Under the pieces are notes generated by a model that was given only the letters and a program-made list of their open reading frames with translations, did not search any database and had not been told where the DNA came from. A program made the translations under genes and the position numbers. Source: Felis catus (Eukaryota). Taken from it: a stretch of DNA of 64,000 bases. Below are positions 1 through 13,392 of the stretch, in pieces (the stretch's first letter is position 1; each line of letters begins with the position of its first letter). The stretch covers positions 10,664,001 through 10,728,000 of the forward strand of contig NC_058368.1 in assembly GCF_018350175.1 (NCBI RefSeq), written 5' to 3'.

Positions 1-11
1 CCAGGCGCCCC
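1..11 (-). mobile_element. 5' end of a CAN-SINE cut by the window edge
   Basis: CCAGGCGCCCC is the reverse complement of the GGGGCGCCTGG start seen on the other young SINEs here. Confidence 0.6.
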
Positions 12-39
12 AAGTGTCAATTTTAGAAAGGTGAAAATG

Positions 40-117
40 GGGAGAGAGGAGAAGGAGAAAAGGAAAGACGGGAGGGAGGAAGAAAGGGAAGGATGGAAGG
101 AAGAAGGAAGGGGAAAA
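40..117. repeat. Purine-rich (GGAA/GA) low-complexity tract
   Basis: Almost exclusively G and A on the + strand. Confidence 0.8.
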
Positions 118-984
118 TAGCTTTAGTGTTTTAGGCTGTAATTACATTTCTTTATAAATCTTATTCTGGTACTGTTTTGAAGATATCCAAGGAAAATTTT
201 CATAAGGTGAAGAGAGGGAAACAGGAGATGTTCTTCTGAAGGACAGAAAGCAAAGGGATATATCTAGAGTCCCACTCCTCTAGTAATTTCATAAATTTCA
301 TAAATTTCATAAATAGCAATTTAAGTCTCTTGTCCTCTCTTTTGTTTCACTCCAGTTGTTCTTGAATAATGGAAAAATAGGTACATAGAATAACTTTTTA
401 ACATCTTCTCAGATCTAACACAAAAGAAGTTTTTATTAATGCATTCAAATGAATTCTAACTGAATAATTCAAACTCCATTTATCTCAGCAAACATTTACT
501 AACTGGTGATATGGTTGCCTCGCAGGCAGAAACACCTAGAACAAAAAATTAGGTTCTGCAGTTTTTAAAAATAGGAGATTTGTACTCTAAGAATTGTGTG
601 TGTGTGCTATAGTCAAAAGAGATGTGCCCTTGAATGGACTTTATGTGTGCTTCAATACAGTAGGCATAAAGAAAAAAAACCTCACAAAACCCCCCAAATT
701 TGGGGAAGACGTAGATCCAAGAGTCATGGCCAAGCTGCTGGCAGCCAAAAGTGAATTAAGTAAATATAACAGATGAACTTCTTCTTTAGAGGCTATTTTC
801 AGCAGCACCCTGTTTTATCTTAAATGAATCAGGCATGGAAAAAATGTAGAATAAATATTTCAACCCCAGAGGGTGAAGGTGTTCTAGCTTCACAGCTCTT
901 AGGGTGAGCAACACTGGACAGGATACATGCATTTCTGAGCCCCAGTTTCTGTGTTTGTTTAAAAAACAAAGCATGACTTCTTTA

Positions 985-1090
985 TGAACATGAGTTTTGA
1001 AATCAGACATAGTCAGTCTGGTTCTGCCATACACTAATGCTTTAAATATGGATATGTTACTTAACCTAAGCATTTTTATTTTTTAAATAT

Positions 1091-1129
<39 letters not shown>

Positions 1130-2050
1130 TAATTTATTGTCAAATTAGCTAGCATACAGTCTATATACAATGTGCTCTTGGCTTCAGGAGTAGATTTCCA
1201 TGATTCATCACTTACATACAACACCCAGTGTTCATCCAAACAAGTGCCCTTCTCAATGCCCATCACCCATCTTCCCTGCTGCCCAATGCCCCACCCCCAT
1301 CAACCCTCAGTTTGTTCTCTGTATTTAAGAGTCTCTTATGATTTGCCTTCCTCTCTGTTTGTAACTTCTTTTTCCTTCCCTTCCTCCATGGTCTTCTGTT
1401 AAGTTTCTCAAATTCCACATATGAGTGAAAACATACGACATCTGTCTTTCTGTGACTGACTTATTTCACTTCACATAATACTCTCCAGTTCCATCCATGT
1501 TGTTGCAAATGGCAGGGTTTCATTCTTTTTCATCAACAAGTAGTATTCTATTGTATGTATTGTCTTGTATATATACATACACCACCTCTTTATCCATTCA
1601 TCAGTTGATGGACATTTGGGCTCTTCCCGTAATTTGGCTATTGTTGATAGTTCTGCTATAAACATCGGGGTACATGTGCCCCTATGAATCAGCACTCCTG
1701 TATCCTTTGGGTAAATTCCTAGTAGTGCTACTGCTGGGTTGTAGAGGAAACAACAGATGTTGGCAAGGATGTGGAGAAAGGGGAACCCTCTTGCACTGTT
1801 GGTGGGAATGCAAACTGGTGCAGCCGCTCTGGAAAATGGTGTGGAGGTTCCTCAGAAAATTAAAAATATTTGCGTATTCTTTAACCCAAGCATTTGTAAA
1901 TGTTTGGTTACATTTTTGTTCCCAGCTGTGAAAAGAGAATTCCAAAAACACATACCTCATAGAGTTGCAAGACTGGAATACTTTAGTCCATTTAAAGCAC
2001 TTAGCTTTAATGCCTGGACAAAGTGCCCCTAAGTGTTATTGTTATTATTA
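985..2050 (+). mobile_element. MIR SINE split by an L1 insertion (pieces ~985-1072 and ~1905-2050)
   Basis: MIR core motifs GTTACTTAACCT ... CTGTGAAAA ... ATACCTCATAGAGTTG ... TAAAGCACTTAGC ... TGCCTGG continue on either side of the L1. Confidence 0.65.
1075..1868 (-). mobile_element. 5'-truncated, 5'-inverted carnivore L1 (ORF2 end and 3'UTR); ~1746-1868 is the inverted segment
   Basis: (TTTA)n tail at ~1075-1130; minus ORF 1471-1695 is the ORF2 C-terminus ([11 protein letters not shown]...[10 protein letters not shown]); plus segment encodes [19 protein letters not shown]. Confidence 0.9.
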
Positions 2051-2326
2051 CTTCAATTAAGCTTTTAGTGTATTGTCATAATGTCTAAAGATTGACTGTT
2101 GTTGATGATGATGATGATGGTAATCACTCATCAAAGGTAACTGATGAAAAGAACCTGGGTAATTATTATCGAGGCTATTTTCCCCTACTCATTTATAAAC
2201 TGTTGAAATCAAAGTGTCTTAACCAAGTATTCTCAAGGCTGTATATGCTGATGCACTTAAAGAAAAGAGGCAATTTATAGTGGGCCTCACTAGTGCTAGT
2301 TCTAGAAAACCTTGTTTTTATTTCTT

Positions 2327-2545
2327 TTCTTTTTTTTTTTAATTTTTTTAATGTTTATTTATTTTTGAGACAGGGACAGACAGAGCATGAATGGGAGAGG
2401 GGCAAAGAGAGAGGGAGACACAGAATCTGAAACAGGATCCAGGCTCTGAGCTGTCAGCACAGAGCACGACACGGGGCTCGAACTCGCGAGATCGTGACCT
2501 GAGCTGAAGTCGGATGCTTAACTGACTGAGCCACCTGGGTGCCCC
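2327..2545 (-). mobile_element. CAN-SINE (SINEC)
   Basis: tRNA-like head, (CT)n linker, A tail; TSD CTTGTTTTTATTTCTT at 2311 and 2545. Confidence 0.95.
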
Positions 2546-2559
2546 TTGTTTTTATTTCT

Positions 2560-2902
2560 TGAACACACAGAAGACTTAATCTCTAGCTACCTTGCGGTCG
2601 GGGGGGGGGGGGGGCGGTCCATGTGACTTGTTCTATCCAATGACAAGTAAGTAGAAATGGGAAGTCACTACGGTTAGAGGTAGTGAAAAGCTCCTAGAGG
2701 TTTTCTGAGTCTCTCTTCCTCACGTTGAAAGGGTAGAACCAGAGGGTTGCATGACTGAATCACTAGAGGTACAACAGCTGATCCAGGGAGTCAGCCAAAT
2801 CCACGGTGGATTTTGTAGGAGAGAAAAATGTGTTTTGTGAAAGGCACTGAGATAAGGGGATTGTTTGTTACAACTGCACAGCCTAAGTGATCCTCCTTAT
2901 AC
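2560..2902 (+). mobile_element. MaLR solo LTR relic (MLT1J-like)
   Basis: CCATGTGACTTGTTCTATCCAATG and terminal CACTGAGAT...TTGTTTGTTACA...GCCTAA...ATACA resemble MLT1 consensus. Confidence 0.55.
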
Positions 2903-3787
2903 ACTGTTATAAAGCCTGAAGTTCCTCTTCATGCTGCAGACCTTAAATTCAGAATTAAGTAGTTATATAAGATGGAGATCACTCGATTAGTGGCACAGCT
3001 TGGACTAAAATCCTGTTTCCAGACTTCCTCCTAGGATATTGTTCTACTGATATTCTAAACTCTACACCTAATTTGCAGGACTACTGTAAAGAATAGATAC
3101 AAGGTAAGGAAACTGCCTAGCACATGCCCTATCCCATATTGGGTAATTAAAACAATAACTAATGTTTAGATTCTCTATTTTTTTGAAACCAATTACTGTT
3201 GCTGTATACATCTGCTGGTGCCAAACTTGGCTGATTAATGGCCTTTAATTCTGAATCGCTATTAAACTAGGAATTGATAATGTATCTCAATTTGGGCGCA
3301 ATTACATTTTTACAGCTTAAACTGATGGCACAGAATCTACACTTCACTCTGTTTTCATCCATTTAATAAAAATGCCTATCCATTTTTTCAAACAACGACA
3401 GGAAAGTCATTCACATTTTCTGCATCTGGAAACTTTGAGAATTTATAAAAGCTGAAGCCAAACTCCTGGGAATTATTTTGTCATCATCCTTTCTTGGTCC
3501 CAATTCCTCTATCCCGGCATCATCTCTAATCTTCCTTATCCTTACCTGTGTCCTCTATGTTGTTCCTCTTGTCTTTTGAAAGAAGTATTATCACAACATT
3601 GCAAAATTCTTTTCGGCATACCTAAGATAACATTTGGCTCCGGTATAATTCAAGGACACCAGGAGGCATTTAAACTAGTAATACAAATACAGTGCCTTCA
3701 GTTTTCAGGGCCTTAGAACTCATCCAATTCAGAGAGTACTAGATTATCATCCAAACAAATGCCTTAAAATTGCCTGAGGTGCTTCTT

Positions 3788-4000
3788 GGGGCACCAGCGT
3801 GGCTCAGTTGGTTAAGTATCCGACTTCAGCTCAGTTCATGATCTCACAGTTCATGAGTCTGAGCCCCATGTCGGGCTCTGTGCTGACAGCATGGAGCCTG
3901 GAGCCTGCTTCAAGCTCTGTGCCTCCCTCTCTCTGCGCGCCCCCCCCCCCCTTCTCTCTCTCTCTCTTAAAAATAAACAAACGTTACAAAAATTTAAAAA
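3788..4000 (+). mobile_element. CAN-SINE
   Basis: A/B-box head; TSD AAAAT(T/G)GCCTGAGGTGCTTCTT on both sides. Confidence 0.95.
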
Positions 4001-4451
4001 ATGGCCTGAGGTGCTTCTTAAACATGTTGATCCTTAACTGCGTCCTTAACCTACTGAATTGTAATTTCCAGTGGGGAAGTTACAGGGGGTATAGTAAATT
4101 GTAATTTTTTTAAAGCATTATTTTCCTTACATCCTTCTATCTCTCCCACGTTATTTATCCAACCAGGTTATTCCAACCCCTGCAGTCCAATTGGGGAGCT
4201 ACTGAAAAAGTTTCAGTTCCTATATGGCTCTGCAATCACCTTTACAAACCCCTCTGGCAGAATTTGCCCCTACTATTATACATATTGTCCCCAATTTGAT
4301 ACTATTACCCACTATATTAGCTATCTGCTTCTCTACCCACAGCTTCATATTATCTCTAGAGATAATAAATGAGTGCTTTGTTTTTTGTTCCTAAAATGTT
4401 GAACTGGGAAGGGACACAATCTCTGACAGGATTGAGAATGAATGAATGAAA

Positions 4452-4453
4452 AC

Positions 4454-4485
<32 letters not shown>
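4452..4485. repeat. (CA)n microsatellite
   Basis: Direct reading. Confidence 0.95.
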
Positions 4486-4749
4486 CATAGAGATCTCTTC
4501 AGGTTGTCATTATTAATGTTTACTGAGTAAATAATACTTTTTCTATAAACATATTTTTCATTTTTAATGGGCACTAAGTACTATTTTTGAAATTGACGGT
4601 AGTAGTGTTTTAAAATCAATGGTCAATGCTAAGGGATTTTGAATATTTTTATTCCATTTTTAAGACTGGAAGATCCCCCCAGAGCTGAATTATAGGCAGT
4701 TATTCCTTAGAAATTCAACAGAAGCAAGGAGGCTAATGTGAAAATATGT

Positions 4750-5150
4750 CTTGGAGCCTTATTCATGCCTGCCCCAAACTGGAAACACACCAAATGTCAT
4801 CAACAGAAGAATGAATACATAAATCGTGGTATATTCAAATACTGGAATATTACCAAGCCACGAAAAGGAACAAACTAATGATACGTGCAATGACATGAAT
4901 GAGTCTCAAATGAATTATGTTGAGGGACAGAGCCTGATTCCATTTTTATAACTTTAAGAAGAAGCAGAATAATTTCTGGTGATAGAAGTCAATGGTTTTT
5001 TAGCAGGAGAAAAGACTGATTATGTGGAAGGATGGAAAAGTTCTGTGTATTGATTGTGGGTGATACTTCCATGAGTATAAATATTTCTTAACACTCACTG
5101 AAATGAACATGAAAGATCTATGCACTGCATGCAAACTATACTTCAACAAC
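4750..5150 (+). mobile_element. Ancient L1 (L1M/L1ME-type) 3' end
   Basis: CCCCAAACTGGAAAC...CAAATGTCATCAACAGAAGAATG...GTGGTATATTCA...TATACTTCAA match old L1 ORF2 end/3'UTR. Confidence 0.75.
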
Positions 5151-5859
5151 AGCAACAACTACCGTGGAACATGCAAATTTGGAAAAACGTGCCTCAGAGA
5201 TAGAAATGAAAAATAACATCATGGACATATGGAACTTTTGTCCCAATATACAATTTGAATGAGACAATATATAGGTTATAAAGACCTCACGTACCATCCT
5301 CTTGTCCTAGAAAGAAAGTGCAGGGTGGAGTAGAGGTACTGGTAGGCCTCCACTGATACTTGGCTACCACTAGAAATATTGGTAAGAACAGACTATGGAG
5401 CCTTCATAAATTTAACATTTACTTTGCCAAGTTAAGCAGCCCTAAGTGTACCAGAGTTCAATTCATGTATGGATACCATATTGAGAAGGCATTCAGGAAA
5501 CTGAGTCATGGGGAGGCAAGGTAGATGGAAGACAAAATATCTCAACTATAGCTATCTATACCTCCTTACCCACAGAAACTGGTTAGGCCTCAAGTCTCTT
5601 CTTGAGACTTGCATGGGTCTCAATTAATCCCTTACTGACTTTAGCTCAACATCTACGTAAATATGAGGCAACATTTAGTATACTGATTATGCTGATAATC
5701 TCAAATAATAATCTTCCTATATGTACACTCTTGTCCTGTAACTCTGTAGTCCTTTTCCACTCTGATATTGAGTTTAGCCATCTGATTCGCTTTCACTAAC
5801 GAGTAGAAAACTTGATGCAAGCTGAGATTTGATAAGGTGTTTTCTTGTTTCTTCTTCCC

Positions 5860-6293
<434 letters not shown>

Positions 6294-6599
6294 CAATACC
6301 AAAAAAAGCATTCACCTCTCTAAGGAAAAGAAGAGAAAATCATGGTGTCACTAAAGAGATGCTGTGGTTCAAAGGAATTGCAAGGTATACCTCATTTTGA
6401 GATATAATTAACAAAAGGAAGGCAAAAATCTTAGAAAACATTTGAGTTATATTTTTCAACATGATTTGAGAGAATTTTTCATCAATGAAGTTGAAACAAT
6501 CATCCATAATTAAAGGATAATCCACAATTTAATAGGATATGGGAAATACAATTAACAAATGGAAAACTGATTTAGAACATGAATAATAGATTTGATACT

Positions 6600-7010
6600 G
6601 AAACGATTAAGCTTTTGAAAGAGAAATATCCTCCCAGAAACAAAATAAAGAAATATAAAAAAAGGCTTATTTTAAGATATCCAAACTACAGGATATAAGC
6701 ATTCTAGAAGATGAAATGCAAGACAGAAATAATCATCAAATAAATAGAGGCAAGCTTTACAGATCTAAATAAATAAAATCTTCATCTAAAAATTGAGATT
6801 ATGCTTCCTGTTATGAGAAAAGCAATGATAAAAAGACATTTTGGTGGAATTTTCAAGGATTAAAGATCCTAAAAGCAATTAGGAAAACATGTTAAGATTA
6901 CTTACAAAAAAAAGCAAGTCAAGTTGACCTCAGAGTGTTCCTCAAAAACAATAAATTCTGGAAACAACAGGGCAACACCCAGTTTCCAACAGAAGAAGAT
7001 TGTATCCAAA
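6600..7010 (+). mobile_element. Highly decayed L1 ORF1/HAL1-like fragment
   Basis: A-rich; AAGACATTTTGGTGGAATTTTC...AAAGATCCTAAAAGCA...TTACTTACAAA...TTGACCTCAGA resemble the ORF1 C-terminal region. Confidence 0.4.
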
Positions 7011-7196
7011 GCCTACCAGTGAGGACCACAGAACACTGTCTTTGAATGTTCTATGGCAGAAATTACAAGTTTAAAGAACCATTTAAAGAGCATGAAAATG
7101 AAAAACCAAAGTGGCTGGAAAGGATTAGCGGGAAAATTTGAACTCGGTTGAAGATGTATAAGTAGGTGTAGCACTGGTTTTATTTTTTGTACACCC

Positions 7197-9092
7197 TTCC
7201 AGTTTTGTTTAGATAGAATTGACATATATCATTTTGTAAGTTTCTGACATACAAAGTAATAATTCAATAGACACACATATCACAAAATGATTACCACAAT
7301 AGGTTAGTGGAAACATCTGTCACCTCATACAGTTACCTTTTCTTTTTGTGCATGGTGAGAACTTTTAAGACTTATTCTCAGCAACTTTCAAGTAGGTAAT
7401 ACTGTACAGTTAACTTTATTTACCACGCTGTACATTACATCCCCAGAACTCAATCATCTTACAACTGGACATTTATCACCCTTGACTACTTTTGCCCATT
7501 TCTCCTGTCTCTACCCACCTCCCCACCAATTTACTATTTCTATGAATTCAGTCTCTTTAGGACCACATTGAAGTGAAATCGTGAAGTATTTGTCTCTCCC
7601 TGTCTGGCTTATTTCACTTAGCATAGTGCTCTCAAAGTTCATTCGTGTTGTAGTAAATGGCAGGATTTTCTTGTTCTTCATGACTGGATATTCAGTCATG
7701 AACGTTATGCAGTATATAATATATATTTCACATTGTCTTCATCCATTCAACTGTCAGTCTTAGGTGTTTTTCACATCTTGGTTAATATAAATATGCTGTC
7801 ACAAACATAGGGGTGAAGATAAATATCTAGAAGTGCAATTGCTGGATCATACAGTAGTTCGATTTTTAATTTATTGAGGAAACTCCGTATCGTTTTCCAG
7901 AGCAGCTGTACCAATTTACATTTCTACTGACAGTGATTAAGGGTTCCCTTTTCTCCACGTTGTCACCAACGTTTGCTATTTGATAATAGCCATTCTAACA
8001 GGTGTGAAGGGATATTTCACTGTGATTTTGATTTGCATTTATCTGATGATTAGTCGTGTTGAACACCTTTTCATGTACCTGTTGGCCATCTGTATGAAAA
8101 TGTCTATTCAGTTCCTCTTCCCATTTTTAACTGGATTATTTGCCTTTTTTTTTTTTTTTTTTTTGGCTATTGAGTTGTAGGTGTTATTTGTATATTTCGG
8201 GTATTTATCAGATATGTGGTTTGTGAATATTTTCTCCCATTTTATAGGCTGCTCTTTCAGGTTATTGTTTCCTTTTCTGTGAAAAAGCTCTTTAGCTTGA
8301 CATAGAACCGCTTGTTTATTTTTTGTTAACTGAGCTTTTGGTGTTTTATCCAGGAAATCATTGTCGAGACTAACGTGAAGGATCTTGTTATTTTTTCTGT
8401 TTTCTTCTAGTTTTATAGTGTCAGGTCTGCATTTAAGTCTTTAAACCATTTTGAGTTAATTTTTGTGAGTGGTGTAAGACAGGGGTCCAGTTTCCTTCTT
8501 TTACATACGGATATCCAGGTTACCAACACCATTTACTGAAAAGCCTATCCTTTCTTGATTCCGTAGCACGTTTGTCAAAAATGAGTTGACTCTATATGTT
8601 GGGGTTTATGTGTGGGCTTTCTATTCTGTTCCATTGGTCTACGTGCCTGTTTTGTGTCAGTATTATACTGTTTTATTACCATAGCTTTATAATATAGTTT
8701 GAATAAGGAGTGTGATACCTTCAGCTTTGTTTCTCTTTCTCAAGACTGCTTTGGCTATTCAGGGTCTTTTGCAGTTCTATACAGATTTTAGGATACTTTT
8801 TTTTCTATTTATGTGAGAAACGTCATTGGAACTTTGATAGTGATGGCACTGAATCTGTAGGTCCCTTTGGGTAGTATAAACATTTTTACAATATTAATTC
8901 TTCCAATCCGAGACCACAAGATATCTTTCTATTTACTTGTGTCTTTCATGAAGGTCTCAGTTTTCAGTATATAAGTCTTTCACTACCTTGTTTCAATCTA
9001 TTTCTAAATGTTTTATTGTTTGGAAACAACCAGAAATGGGATTACTTTCCTAATTTCTCTTTCAAATAGTTCATTGTTAGTGTATAGAAAGA
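7197..9092 (-). mobile_element. 5'-truncated older L1 (L1MA-type) ORF2 3' part and 3'UTR
   Basis: Minus ORF 7511-7699 (ILPFTTTRMNFESTMLSEISQ); continuous antisense similarity to other L1 copies in the window. Confidence 0.9.
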
Positions 9093-9094
9093 CA

Positions 9095-9717
9095 TTAGCA
9101 ATTGATTCACACGATTATGGAAGCTGAGCAGGGTCAAGACCTGCAATTAGCAAACTAGAGACTCAGGACAGTTGATGATATAATTCCAGCCCAGGCCTGA
9201 GAACCAAGGGAGCCAACAGGGTAAGTTCCAGCCAGAGTCTGAAGGCAAGGGGACCTGTGTGCCAGTATGAAGGCAGTAAGGCAGAATGAGCAACTTCTCT
9301 CTTACTCAGCCTGTTGATTCTTTTTTTTTTTTAAGTTTATTTATTTATTTTGAGAGGCAGGGGGAGGGAGGGAGGGAGGGACAGAGAAAGAATCCCAAGC
9401 AGGCTCCATGCTGTCAGTGCAGAGCCTGACCTGGAGCTCGATCACACAAACCAAGAGATTATGACCTGAGCTGAGACCAAGAGCCAGATGCTTAACCAAC
9501 TGAGCCACCCAGGTGCCCGTTGGTCTGTTGGTTCTATCCAACCCTTTAAGAGATTGGATGAGGCCCACCTACACTGGGTAAAGCAATCTGCTTTGCTCTA
9601 TCAATTCAGTGTTAATCTCATCCAGAAACACCGATACAGATACATCCAGAATAACAGTAAACCAAAAACTGGGTGCCTCTTAGCCCAATAAAATTGACAT
9701 GAAAAATGAACCATCAC
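9095..9717 (-). mobile_element. ERVL MLT2B-like solo LTR, interrupted by a SINE
   Basis: Minus strand starts TGTGATGGTTCATTTTTCATGTCAATTT...; GATTGGATGAGGCCCACC and CACACGATTATGGAAGCTGAG are MLT2 hallmarks. Confidence 0.8.
9322..9518 (-). mobile_element. CAN-SINE (older subfamily)
   Basis: SINE body; TSD CTGTTG(A/G)TTCT. Confidence 0.9.
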
Positions 9718-10020
9718 ATGATTTTTCTCTTTAAGCTTGAAATCTAGTTCAGTATATGAATAACTGTCTTGATAACATTTACGCTTAATGATAAGAAACT
9801 TAAAAGCAAGATGCCCATGTTCCAAATGCATGTCAAAAATAATCTTAAGCAAAACATTCTACATAGCAAATCTGGAAAAGAAAAGAAGTATCAAATCAAG
9901 GAAAAAGAATCATAGCTAATAAGGGTATAGTTGTATATCTACATATAACATAAGTAACCTCAAATCAATAGCTATTCAACTAGCAACTAATTAAGAGCTA
10001 CATTGAAAAAGAGATCATTT

Positions 10021-11112
10021 TCAGCCGTAGCAATCTCTTACTCGACACATCCCCAAAGGCAAAAATGAATTACTGGGACCTTATGAAGATAAAAAGCTTC
10101 TGCACAGCAAAGGAAACAACCAACAAAACTAAAAGGCAACCAACAGAATGGGAAAAGATATTTGCAAATGACATATCGGACAAAGGGCTAGTATCCAAAA
10201 TCTATAAAGAGCTCACCAAACTCCACACCCGAAAAACAAATAACCCAGTGAGGAAATGGGCAGAAAACATGAATAGACACTTCTCTAAAGAAGACATCCG
10301 GATGGCCAACAGGCACATGAAAAGATGCTCAACGTCGCTCCTTATCAGGGAAATACAAATCAAAACCACACTCAGATATCACCTCACGCCAGTCAGAGTG
10401 GCCCTAATGAACAAATCAGGAGACTATAGATGCTGGAGAGGATGTGGAGAAACGGGAACCCTCTTGCACTGTTGGTGGGAATGCAAATTGGTGCAGCCAC
10501 TCTGGAAAGCAGTGTGGAGGTTCCTCAGAAAATTAAAAATAGACCTACCCTATGACCCAGTAATAGCACTGCTAGGAATTTACCCAAGGGATACAGGAGT
10601 ACTGATGCATAGGGGCACTTGTACCCCAATGTTTATAGCAGCACTCTCAACAATAGCCAAATTATGGAAAGAGCCTAAATGTCCATCAACTGATGAATGG
10701 ATAAAGAAATTGTGGTTTATATACACAATGGAGTACTATATGGCAATGAGAAAGAATGAAATATGGCCCTTTGTAGCAACGTGGATGGAACTGGAGAGTG
10801 TGATGCTAAGTGAAATAAGCCATACAGAGAAAGACAGATACCATGTTTTCACTCATATGGATGCTGAGAAACTTAACAGAAACCCATGGAGGAAGGGAAG
10901 GAAAAAAAAAAAGAGGTTAGAGTGGGAAAGAGCCAAAGCATAAGAGACTCTTAAAAACTGAGAACAAACTGAGGGTTGATGGGGGGTGGGAGGGAGGGGA
11001 GGGTGGGTGATGGGTATTGAGGAGGGCACCTTTTGGGATGAGCACTAGGTGTTGTATGGAAACCAATTTGACAATAAATTTCATATACTGATAAAAAAAA
11101 AAAAGAAAAAGA
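10021..11112 (+). mobile_element. Young felid-type L1, 5'-truncated (~1.1 kb)
   Basis: Open ORF2 C-terminus, G-rich 3'UTR, AATAAA and poly(A); imperfect TSD GAAAAAG(A)G(A)TCATTTTCA at ~10005 and ~11111; CpGs retained. Confidence 0.95.
10065..10943 (+). pseudogene. L1 ORF2p C-terminal fragment (Cys-rich CCHC domain); not a host gene
   Basis: 292-aa ORF with [35 protein letters not shown] and [13 protein letters not shown]; no promoter, EN or RT. Confidence 0.95.
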
Positions 11113-11149
11113 AAAAGGTCATTTTCACAAAACAACCCCGAACACTAAA

Positions 11150-12430
11150 TTTCTAATACTAACTTAACAAGAACTCAATGGGCCTTAATGTTACTGAAAG
11201 ATACTTAAGAAGACATACCATATTCTTGAGTGAGGAATTCTAATCACAAACCTAATAAAATCTGACATCTTAATTCCACAGTCCAAGAGGAAGGATAAAC
11301 AAAGAAAAGTTATGAAATTTTGAAAGAGTAAAAGGACATTTATCCTAAAAGATATCAAACCTAGTATAAAGCTACATGCAACATATGCTATATGTTGGCT
11401 TACTCATTGCTAATTCAATTGTTTTTGTCATGTCTACTTTTACTTATAGAGGCTATAAAAGCAAACCAAGTGAACAAAAACTAAAACAAATCATAAAACT
11501 TTCTAGACTTTCTTGCCTCTAAAGATGACCCCAAAGCATAATTATTTCCTCATTCTTTTTTTTCCTTCTTCATGCAACTGAGTAGGGGCTAGAGTTGTAG
11601 TAGGTAGCCATTGTTAAGCTTGTTGAAACAAGAAGAGAGAACAATTCAGAGTTCCTAATGGTATCATAAGCAGCCAAATCATTCATGGGCTACCAATCCT
11701 TTGAGTTCTTATTGAATGAGAAAAAGAATTCTTAAGCAGTGATTTTCATTACCATTGAATACTGTCAAAACTGATATGCTACAATAATTAAAATCATCTA
11801 CTACTGACATAAGAAAAGACATAGAGATCTGTTGGGCAGAATTAAAATCTAGAAACATACCTTTTTATATATAATTAGGTTTTATAACCTAATATAATAA
11901 TAAGTGAAATATCAAATCGCTCAGAGGGGGATGAATTACAAGAATAATTTCCTTTCAGTAAAAATAAATCTTTGTATAATATACATCATGTTACAGCTAG
12001 ATCAAAGAAATCCACATAAACTATAAAACTATTACAAAAATACATTTTTAAAACACATTTTAAAAACAAAATATATTAAATATTTTTTATCTGATCTTAG
12101 AGAAAGAACTTCCCAAATATAAAATTGGTGAAAGAATCCTAGCAAAAAAATGGATTTATTGTACATTTTGTATGCACACACATATGTAAGTTTAAAAGTC
12201 AAACAAGATATTAAGAAAACATATGCCTTGAATGTGATAAGTAAATGCTACTTTCCTTAATATATAAGGTTTACACATATAAAAAATACAAAATGTTTAC
12301 ACAGTAAGAAAAAATGAACAGAGGGCATTCCAGGACAATTCACAGAAGTAGAAATGCAAATGACCAATAAGCCTAAAGCTTGTTCAGTTTCACTAATCAT
12401 CGAAGACATTCGAGATAAAACAAAATAATA
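11150..12430 (+). mobile_element. Ancient L1M ORF2 remnants, apparently interrupted by an MLT1-like LTR at ~11390-11778
   Basis: AAGACATACCATATTCTTG, TATAAAGCTACA...ATAATTAAAA...TACTGACATAAGAAAAGACATAGAGATC, TTCACTAATCATC. Confidence 0.55.
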
Positions 12431-13392
12431 AAGTACTCTGGGTTTAAATGATCAAAAAAATGCACCTAAAATAATCAGAAATCAGAATAAAAAATTACGA
12501 ACAGATATGTTCATCTGATTGCCACCTCAGTTGGGTGATCTTTATTGGAGTAGTAGAAGTGGTATCTTGAACATAAATTTGAATTGCAAATTACTGCTTT
12601 TAATGCCTTAAAATTATTCTAGGTATATTCTTCAAAACCAAAAGTTTTTTTGTATGCAGAAGATTGCCTGTCATGCGCTTGGCTGGTCACACACCAGGCA
12701 GTGGCATTAAAGACTACAGACATTGATCTTGGTCTTAAAATTTTCAAAGCTAAGAGTGGTGGCATCACTAATTCAAGCGTGGTGAAGAGCTTTTACTCAG
12801 GCCTGAATATCTACACGTCAAAAGCTCTGGCTGACAACCAAGAGGAACTATGTATTCCAGCTAAAGAAAGGAAAACCAGGACTACCTTTACAAAACCAAA
12901 CAGGAAATATAGAAAGGTCCTGACATTTTTCAACATATCTCAAAGTTATATTTTCAGTTCTATAAGGGATAAAGAAGAAACGGTCACAGGCATGGATTAT
13001 GTATGAGAAGCAGTGTGTCACTATACTGCCAGTGATAGTTATTGATGGCTCAAAGCAACTTATAACCATACTTAGACTAAAAGGCTTAGAAGAACGCATC
13101 ATGTGTTACTTAAAAAAACAACCTAGTTCAAATCTGGTGCACTTTTAAATGTGTACATTATTGTTCTCCCAGGAAAAATCTTATTAAACCAGTAACTTGT
13201 CTTAAAGGTGTCCAAGACCAAGGAGATAGGATACACGCATTCAGAGATGGGTTCTTAGGAGGACATACAATAACATGTTAAATATAATTCTCTGAATTAT
13301 GGAATAATGTCTACCTTATGCTTCCTTTTTTCCACTTTCCTCTCCTTCCCAATGTTTCATAATGTAAATTTTTCTTCTTATAAAACCAGGGT

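Noticed and set aside
285..314. (AATTTCATA)x3 as a regulatory repeat
   Set aside because: Short slippage-type tandem repeat with no supporting context.
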